A stretch of 64,000 nt of DNA from contig JBBPEB010000015.1 in the NCBI GenBank assembly GCA_039096225.1, positions 1,736,001 to 1,800,000 of the forward strand, read 5' to 3'. Positions 51,020-64,000 of this stretch are shown piece by piece. The stretch comes from Blastocystis sp. Blastoise. Its lineage: Eukaryota; Protista; Bigyra: Opalinata. Both the position numbers and the translations under genes were made by a program. Each line of letters starts with the position of its first letter. The first letter of the stretch is position 1. The notes below the pieces were generated by a model. The model was not told the DNA's origin and made no database searches. It saw only the letters and a list, made by a program, of their open reading frames with translations.

Positions 51020-51334
51020 ATATATATATATATATACTTTGTTTTCTAAATCTATTTGTTTGTTGATGTTTTTTCCACTTAATTTAATATGTTTATATGT
51101 TCTAATCTTATCGAAGTTTTGTTAATTCTTATTTTTATCATTTTTTTAAACATATATATATATATATTAGAAAAAATATAACATTATTTTAATAAACATA
51201 AATAATGATAAAAAAAATAATAAATTTACAAAACAATGTTTATGATTCATAGATTTCATAGAAAAATAAAATAAAATAAATCAAAAGTCTTTTAGTTTTA
51301 TACTTTGATCCTTCATTTGTTTTTATAAAATTAT

Positions 51335-52302
51335 TTAAAGATTATTTTTAACTACCTAAAAAATTATAAAAAATAAGTATTTATTATGTATATGATAATA
51401 ATAATTATTATTATTATATATATATATACTTGTTGTTTGATTTTAACCATAAAATTATAAGTTCTTGTCATATTTAATTCTATAACATTACTTTGAGCAG
51501 AAATAAAATCAATATCTCGATTTAATTCATTTTCATTTTCTTTTAAGGCAGATTCAATTTTATTTAATAAAGTAATAGCTTCATCTAAAGTAACTTCAAC
51601 TAATACATTAGCCTATATATATATAATCGTATTTAAAATAAAAATAATAAGAAGAAAAATTAAAATAATAATAAAAAAAAGAAATAAAAAAACAAAAAAT
51701 AAAAACAAAAATAATAATAATAAATTATATACACCAAGCCAAACACAGCATTTATCAGTAGGTTTAATAGAAGCATTTACAAATAAATTATGAGACATAT
51801 TAAAAGTTGTTTTTATATTTTCTTCATCCTAATTATTAAAAAAAAATATATAATATATATATATATATAGATTTATATTGATTATTAACCTTTAATTCAT
51901 ATCATAAATATATATATATATATATACACGTTTTTCTATTAACATTTTCACAGCTTGTATAGATTTATCATTTTCTGGTATTTTCGATAGAATAGCTTCA
52001 TGAGATTCTTTTAAATTAGTTTCCATAAACTTGTATTTTCTAGAATAATATAATACAAATATATATAATACAAATAGAAAACAAGTATCAATAAAATATA
52101 CTCATAAAGTTCACGGAAAAGAGTCAATAATAAATCAGGCATGATTTTCTTTTCTTCACAAAACTTAGGAATATCCTCCTAATATAAATGAAGAAGATAA
52201 ACAATAAAGTCATCATAATGAGCATACAATAAATAAAGCAGAGGGAATACCACCTTCGTTCTTTGGTCCAGTAATAATTTCACTTGTAACTTCTGTAGTC
52301 AT
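51335..52302 (-). CDS. PFDN3: Prefoldin subunit 3
   Basis: GIPSALFIEDI, YEKYKFME, CVWLGANVLVEVTLDEA, ELNMTRTYNF. Confidence 0.95.
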
Positions 52303-52748
52303 TCTAGTATGTGAGATTGTTTTAAAGTATTAAATTAGAAAACTATTCTCTAAAAATGAAAAAATAGAAGAATGAGAAGAGTTTATTCATTTTACCATGG
52401 TTTTTTTAGACATTTCATTCTTTTGTTTTCTTTTTCATTCTTGTTTGATAAAAGCAAATTCTTATTGATTTTAATATGCTAGAAGGAAGAACTAGATGTC
52501 AAGATATTATATGAAAAAATAATTTATACTTTCTCTTTAAAAAAACAAATTCATTTGTTCTTTGTTGCTCATAAATCACTAATATTTATAATGCAATACT
52601 ACATACATATGAAGAGAAAAAACAAGCAACCACTAAAATCAATATTTGATATATTTTAAATAACAAAATTATTATTTTCACAACAAAAACAAATAAATCA
52701 AAGTGTTTCATTAATTCATATACACTATGCATTTCTCTGATATTATAT

Positions 52749-53474
52749 TTATCGAGTAAATAATAAATAAAATGAAAATAAGACACAAAGAACAAAGAAA
52801 ATGAATGATATATATAAAACATAATAATCGATTTGTTGTTGTCTCTATAGAATATATCATAATTATAAATAATAGCAATGAATCACATACATCAATAGCA
52901 TTAATAAGAGATGATCCTCGAGAAAGAGACGATGAAACAGAAGAATAAGTAGTATTTGTATTCTATAACAATAAAAAATTAAATATAATCATCATATTAT
53001 ATTTTGATATATTTCTAAATTATATATTTTATTTTATTTTACTTTTTATGAAAATAATAAATGAATATTTAAAAATATACTTTAATTGATTCTGTATCTG
53101 TATGGAGAACAGTTGCTAATTTATCAATTTGAGATATATGAGATGATATTTGATCTCTACTAGATTTCAAAGATGATGTAATTGAAGAACTCTCTCTATA
53201 AAAACGAAAATTTGACATGAAAGCATTTTAACTTGAATTTATATTGAAAAAGATATATTTAAAAAATTCAGGATTCTTATACAGTAAATATATACTGTAA
53301 TTCACTTTCTTTCTTCAAAGAACTTTTGGATGATCCCTAAATAAGTTAATAATTTTATTTAATATAATTAATTTTATATCTAATAAAGTAATTCAAATAA
53401 TATACATTTAGTAGTTCTCGTTTACGAAGGGTTTGATCAGTTAATTTGGAATTAATATCTTGTGAATTTGACAT
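52749..53474 (-). CDS. SEC20: Short Sec20/BNIP1-like SNARE
   Basis: SSITSSLKSSRDQI...LHTDTESIKNTNTTY...SLSRGSSLI...RQQQIDYYVLYISFIFFVLCV TM anchor; four introns. Confidence 0.7.
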
Positions 53475-54071
53475 TTTCTAGGTTTTCGAACTTTAATTCA
53501 GTGCAATATACTAAAAAAAACAAAGAATAACAATTTTAATTCCTTTTACAAATATTAAAACGAAAATAAAATGTTTGTTTTTGATTTTTTTTTTAATTTT
53601 ATATTAATATTTTAGTTTTTTGTGTGAATGATGCATTTCTATTATAATAGTGTTATTAAGAGTATAGACAGTAATAAATAGAAAAAAAATATGTTTGTGA
53701 ACACGTATTAAATACTTCATTTAAAAATATATAGTTTAAAAACCTATTCTTTCTTTTATATAACCTATTTTTCATGAAAAAGAAAAACACAAAATATATT
53801 ACTATTAATTATAAATACAATATAAAAATAGTTCAGAAATAATAAGACAAACAGGATTGAAAATAATGAAAAACAAAGAATAATAAATAATAATATATAT
53901 ATAAATATCTATATATATTATTATTCATTAAATTAAATGTAATAATAGTGATATAGCAAAAATAAAATCAATGAATGAAGTATACTTATTCAAAAAGAAA
54001 TATATACACATTCATATATATATAGAAAAGTAGAAACTAGTTTCTATATAAAGAAAATAGCAATATATGCC

Positions 54072-55958
54072 TTAAGCATGAACTTCGATAGTTTGTTGTT
54101 GTTCGTTATTCTCTATATTTTCGATAGTTTCAGTATGGATTTCTTTGACTTCAGTAGTAGTTTCTTTATTTTCAGTTTCTTGAGACTTTATAACTTCATT
54201 ATCTTTTTGTATTTCATTAGTATTCTCTTTAGAGTTCTCCATAATGTTTTTATTGGATTGCTCTTTAGATATAGGTTCAGTTGAGTTTGAATGATCTTCA
54301 AGTGATTCAGAAGTTGTTTCTGTAGGAACTGTAGTTGTTTCATTCGATAGCCTCCCATTCCCTTGATTATTTATAGTTTCTTGAGTAGACTCTTCAGTAG
54401 TCGTATCATTCTTCTTAAACACTTCATGATCATACCAACTATTAGATTTCTTCTTTTCTTCTTCTTCTTCTTTTCTTTTCTTTTCTTCTTCCTCTTGCTT
54501 CTTCTTTAATTCAGCCTTCTTCTTCTCTTCTTCTTTCTTAATCTCTTCATCTTCCTTACTTAATTGCTCCTTCATCGACCACCACGTATGCATATTACGA
54601 GGGGCCAACTTATGATCCTATAGATATATAGAGTTGAGTAGAATATAGTATAGTTATTATATTATATTATATTATATTATATTATATTATATTATATTAT
54701 ATTATATTATATTATATTATATTATATTATATTATATTATATTATATTATATTATATTATATTATATTATATTATATTATATTATATTATATTTTATAAC
54801 AAAATATAATAAATATACATATATATACTTTATATAAATCTGACCAGAATCCAGGTTCTAATTTACGAAGAGATACAACAACACGACCAACAGAAGAATC
54901 TGCTAACTTACAATCCTATATATATATAATAATAATTATAATAAATATATATAATAATAATAAATATATATATATATATACATCAGGAATCAAGTCTTTA
55001 TAAGTAGGAATAATTAATATAAACTTCTTATGAGTAGAAGGACTATATATATATATATAATTATGATTATTAAAAATATAAAAAAAAATAATAAATAAAA
55101 AATCTTCTTATTATATATTTAAAACAATATATAACTACCATTTAGTTTCAAGTCGCATAATATTAGCTTGGAATGTTATATTAGGTAAAGAACAGCCTAA
55201 AGTAGCAGGAGTATCCCATTTATGAGCAAATTTGACATTCAAACTAATCTAAATAAGATTCATAGTATATTAAGAATTATTCTTATATATATATTATATC
55301 TTTATAGAATTCATACAAAGAAAAAGAAATAGTGTATAGGACTTATAATGAATCAATAAAACATCAAATATATATATATATATACAGTTCGTTGTCCTTG
55401 AGCCCACTGGAAGGCGGGAGAAATTACCGCCCAATCTTCTTTCTTACTAAACATAGCTTGCAACTTGGATAAATTATTCCTATATATATATATATATATA
55501 GTATCCTGTTTTATATCATAATTCACATAAACAAATAACAAATACAGTAAAGATATTTTCTTTAAATAATATTAAATAGAATATCATACTTGACAATCGA
55601 TTGAGCACGATAAAAAGCACTTGTAATATCCATATTACGTTCCTTAGCCATAGTAATAATTTCTTCACATGTTCTCCACCATCCTCTTTGAACTGCCTAT
55701 AAACGAAAATCAATAGTTTTTATACAAATACATCATTCTTACATAGAATTATATAAAAATAATGTTTATTTAACTTTAAAAAAAAGAATTATATACAAGT
55801 GAAATAAGACCCTTATCAAAAGGTTTGCCAGATTCAATATTCTGTTGAAGCCATAAGAAAGCCTCACTATCATCAGAACAATCTTTAAATTGTGTTGGGA
55901 CACACAAACATAATTGCATAAAACAAAGTCCAATGAACACAAAATGACCTATCTTCAT
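54072..55958 (-). CDS. Signal-peptide-bearing CS/p23-like (HSP20-like) domain protein with acidic tail
   Basis: MKIGHFVFIGLCFMQLCLC; ISPAFQWAQ...LNVKFAHKWDTP...SVGRVVVSLRK...NMHTWWSM. Confidence 0.75.
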
Positions 55959-56715
55959 TATTTATCTTATAAAGAATGACTATCACTGAAATATTATTCG
56001 AATGTTTTTCTTATTTTTTTTTTGTCGAATTTCTAAAATTACAGGATTATTTTCTAGAAAAGAGACTAGTTTTATAAATCTCCCCTGTTTTTCTTAAACT
56101 GGAAGCTCATTTTTTTTAAACATATTCAAAGGCTTTTTTATCATTCATATACATTCTTATTTATTTATTCATAGAATATTTATATGAATTAATAATTCAT
56201 TTTTCTATTAACAAACTCTGATCAATTTAATAAGAGTTTGTTTATACAATTTTACGAAAATATCATTCTTCTTATGGTTAAAATCAGTAGTTTATGCTAC
56301 AGTTGTACTTGATTATCGCTCGAGTATTTGATATAAGTCATAAAATATAAATAGAATAAAATAAATATAAAAATTTCGTCAATTAATGTTATCTAAGCGA
56401 CAGTAACTTGAAATTCACTGTTTAAGATTTTCCATCATTCTAAGTATAAATTCTTGACTTGATCTCTCAAAAATAATGCAAATAAATTGAAATACATCAT
56501 AAATACAACTGAGGATTCTTTGACCAACAAGGTATTTCATCAGTTCTCATAATGCTATAAATAATTTCATATTAAGAAAACATTATAGAATTAGGACAAC
56601 AATTACTAGAATAATTTAAATAAAGAACATTTTATTTTTCTTTTTATAAAAAGATTTCCCTTTTTTCTTTTTAATTTATACTACAACTTCCTCAACGTCT
56701 TCTAAAGTTATCGAG

Positions 56716-57641
56716 ATGAACCCTGAAGATCAACCTAAATCAGAAAACTCAGATCTAGTATAAACAATGACAACTTCCATGTTTCATGTCACTTTATATT
56801 CTCTCTATAGCCAATACCACGCATTTTTCCATGTATTTATTGCGTATGTTATTGATCTCTTATCGTTTTTAAACCCAAATTGTATACATATTATTTGTTT
56901 ATCTAGTTTTATCGTTTTGTTTACCTATTATACAGCTGTGTCTGATGATTATATGAGTTCTGTTGCAAGTATATATATATTTCATGTTTGTACAATCATA
57001 TATATTTGCTTTTCTCTATAGATTCTGTCAGTGAGAGCACTAAAGTAGTTTCAAATGAGTGTGAAAGTATTCATGTTACTTTGATATCATATAGTTATTG
57101 ATAATAGATAAACAGGTTGAAGATAATACTCAAATTGAAGATAATAGTGACGATGAAACATATGAACAACATGAAGAATCTGATTCTGAAACGAATAATC
57201 ATGAGATTCTAAAGGATTTAGAACCTGAAAGCAAAGATTTACTTTATCTGTTAACTAAAGATCGTCATTCTTTACAACCTAAGGAAAAGAAACCTTTTTC
57301 ATTCTATTTAACTTGTCTTTCATCATTGATTTCTTTCATTATTCTCTTCTTCATTCTTGCTGTCTTCTATCTCATATTATTTGTTTATATCTATGTAAAT
57401 ACATTTAAATCATCCTGTTTTCATTCATAATCATCTCTTTTCTATCTTTTCGAATAAGTAATTTTAATCTCCTTTTCTTATAGAATGATGATATTACAAT
57501 CTCTTCTTGCTCTAAAGACTGGTCAGCTTGCTATAAAACATTCCTTCTAGTATATTTATTATTTATTATTTATTATATTTATTTAATTTTTAGACTTGTG
57601 AGGCATTATTCAAGCATGTTGGAGAAAATAAAGAACTTTAA
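56716..57641 (+). CDS. Uncharacterised single-pass membrane protein ending -NKEL
   Basis: In-frame GT-AG splicing; acidic N-terminus, TM, short 3-Cys C-terminal domain, KEL stop. Confidence 0.6.
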
Positions 57642-57894
57642 ATAATTACATATATTATTTATTTTATTATATATCATTCTACGTTTATTTTAACGAATAT
57701 TATAACGTAAATTGACAGCTGATGTATTAATATTTACAATATTATATAAAAATTAACGTGTGTTTAGTTGTATATTGATCGATTACATGTAATGGATATT
57801 TTTTTTTATATTTATCACCCTTGAAAAGAATTTATCAAAAAAATAATTTTGTGCAAAAAAAAGACACACATACATTTTTTTAAAGAATATAATT

Positions 57895-58500
57895 ATGGAT
57901 ATAGAACATTACGAAAGTATATATATAATTTTATTATAACGTATTCATGTATAATGTTTTAATAATAGAATTAACGAAAGAAGAGAAAGAACAATTTCGA
58001 ATTGCCATTCGAGATCGTTGTATATTTGAAAAGCTAGTTTTAGATCAGCAAATGATCTTGTCAGAATCAAATGTAACGTATGATCAATTCAATTTTGCAC
58101 TCAAATATTTCAAAACAGTGAATTATGACTATTGTACAGAAGAACGAAATGTTAATGGAATATGTGCCTATCCTCTCTGTAATAAAACTGTCAGAATATC
58201 AAAATCGTATTTTATTTATTTTTCTACCTATATTTAACATATAGAAAATTCTTTATATCTCCTGATGATCACAAACTCTACGATTCTCAAAAAACAAGAA
58301 GATTCTGCTGTGAAAAATGCAAAACAGTATGTTGATATATCTATAAATAGAATTCTATACTTGATGATTAGGCCTATTTTTATATCCGTTCTCAATTATC
58401 AAATGAAAGTTTATATTTACGTGAAGAAAAAGATATTCCTAAATTTGATATTATTGATATGTCTGATCATATATGTGGTCATTTTGAAAAAAAAGAATAA
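57895..58500 (+). CDS. RPAP2: RNA Pol II CTD phosphatase Rtr1/RPAP2 (short form)
   Basis: YDYCTEERNVNGICAYPLCN...FCCEKCK...SQLSNESLYLR. Confidence 0.85.
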
Positions 58501-58565
58501 CAAAATAAAAAATAATTATAATTAAAGGAGATATTAGTCATTAAAAAAAATATTTGTTTATGTTT

Positions 58566-58602
<37 letters not shown>

Positions 58603-59146
58603 TTTCTAAATAATAAGAATAGAATGATAAAGTATGGTATGCGCAGGTATACTATAAATAGTATATTTAGATATAATTATTTTTTATATTATATTAAATA
58701 AAATTAAAAAAAAAACCAAAAACAAAAGAATCGAATAGCATACTTGTTATGAAATACTATTTACAAAAAAAAATAAAAGAGAATATGAATATGACTAAAA
58801 AATTTATATTTATATGTATAGATATATGATAAAAACATAAAATATAAATATAACAATAATAAAAATGATAAAGAATATATATATATAAAGATATAATAAA
58901 AAGTATCAACTTTATATAGAATTGATAATAAAAAAAAAATACAAATATTATTATAAAAAACAAAAACAAGCATCATTATATAATTAAAATGACTATATAT
59001 ATATTATTATTATTAAAAACATATATACGATATAAACTTGAATATATATGTATAAACATTATCTACTATAAAGAATATATATAAAAAATAATGATATATA
59101 GATAAGATAAATATATAAAAAGTATACAATAAAAGAATAATTCGTA

Positions 59147-62328
<3,182 letters not shown>

Positions 62329-63250
62329 GACAGAAAAAAAAGTACCTTTAAAGTTCTTTTTATTATGTATAAGTTATGATCAATAGTACTGAAGAAGCAG
62401 CAGATACTTTTTAATGAAGAAACAGAACTTAAAGAGTATTAAAAGGACAAAATATAAATACTAAAAAAAAAGATGAATTGTGAATTCCTGCGGAAAAATA
62501 AAATTAAACAGTAAAAAAAACAAAAATAATCAATTTAGTCTGTCATGATTAGTCTACAAAACGTCATTAAATAGTATCATTTTCTCAATATACACTGAAG
62601 GAAGTTATTTAAATAACTATTTAATCATCTTCTTACAGTTTCTCGACATATAAATCGTAATTGTTTCGAACTACTGAAAATATGAAGAAATATCTCCCAT
62701 ATTCTCATTATTAGTATTGAATACTATGCTTTTAACTAATTGGCTATGTCTTTCCATGATTATTATACCAAATAGATCCATTTTATGGAAAAAAACTCAA
62801 TTTTGATTTCTTTTTCGTTTTCTATTACTTTTGTCCATATAAATATGTTTGATGATAAGTACATAGCTAGATATATATATTTAAAAAAGTGAATGAGAGT
62901 GTCTAGTAGTTATAAGCTTTTGATTTCTTGATTAATATTTTTTTAAAGTATAAATTACTTTATCTAGAATTATATATTAGCTATGTTTAATTGATTGCTA
63001 TACATAGAAAATGAACAAAACATAAACTGATTTGAAGGTAAAATGAATGCAATTACAAAGTAGTATAATGTTATAGATTTTTTTTATTTTCTTGAAAATA
63101 ATTGGTAGTATATTGTATATAATAATTTATATCATCATATATGTAAGTAGAAATAAATAAATATATATATATATATATAATGACTGTAGTATCATTAATT
63201 GAACAGAAAACAAAATAAAAATCATAATTTATGGATAACAATTATTATGT

Positions 63251-64000
63251 TTAGTTCTTGGTATTTATAATAATCCTCTATAAATAAGCATAGTATTATT
63301 ATTATGAATATATATATAAATACTCTTGCTGCTTCATTTCTAATGAATACATAACTAGAATAATACGGACTCCAAGGATATAAAAACAAATAATTTTCAT
63401 CAATAAGATTATTTTTATAAAGATATTCTAAGAATAAGTCACCCTTCATTAATAAAAACTTTATTGTTGTTTTAAAAACTAATGGATCCTGAGGAATACT
63501 TAATGAAGGATAATCATGAATAACCTGGTCAATAATAGCTATATAATTAATTACAGGAATATCACTTTCTTTCATTGATGAAATGACAGGCTGATTCATA
63601 TTTATAGATATATCTATATTCTCTTTATTAAGAGTATTCATATTATTTTGATTATTACTATTCAAATCATTATTAGGTACAGAAGCATTCTTATTAATTA
63701 CATTATAATTATATCCATTAGTATTAGTATTATTCATATATTGTTGAGATAAATTATCTGCGATATTTGATGATAGAGAAGGTATAGATGAAGAATTATT
63801 ACTATCTGATGAATTGACCATAGATGTTTTCATAATAGAGTTTGATAATTGATTTGATGGATTTATAGAAGAAGGAAGAGATAGATTACAATCATAATGC
63901 TGTATAGATACAGAAGGTTGTTTCATTTGCAGGCTTAATGAATCTTGAGAGAGTTGTAATGAAGAATCAATTGAATTCTTTGGTATAGTAGCATTTGTAA
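63251..64000 (-). CDS. 3' part of a protein with a C-terminal SURP/SWAP-like domain (5' end outside the window)
   Basis: KTTIKFLLMKGDLFLEYL...NYLFLYPWSPYYSSY; last intron leads to RIIINTKN*. Confidence 0.6.

Overview
Very AT-rich, gene-dense eukaryotic (protist) nuclear DNA using the standard genetic code. Compact genes, 30-45 nt core introns, TGTTTGTT 3' motifs and minor introns suggest a Blastocystis-like stramenopile (inference only). Hand splicing recovers about 24 intron-rich genes: a MULE transposase-derived gene, SPC25, a UIM-Trx-PUB-STI1 protein, U1-70K, IMP4, IMP2, a Tim17-like protein, LYAR, PAN3, a Ulp/SENP protease, TFIIE-alpha, a Wee1-like kinase, U11/U12-25K, RRP15, PFDN3, SEC20, a CS/p23 protein, RPAP2, a GT77-like glycosyltransferase, a SURP protein and several unknowns. 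Main results: (1) two consecutive phase-0 AT-AC minor (U12-type) introns with a variant TTCTTAAT branch site in the glycosyltransferase, plus the minor-spliceosome gene SNRNP25 in the same window; (2) major introns built on (TA)n microsatellites, including one that is purely GT(AT)26AG; (3) a 142-bp Mutator-type foldback MITE with a perfect 10-bp TSD just upstream of LYAR; (4) a 14-intron, apparently domesticated MULE transposase. All gene models are manual and lack transcript support.
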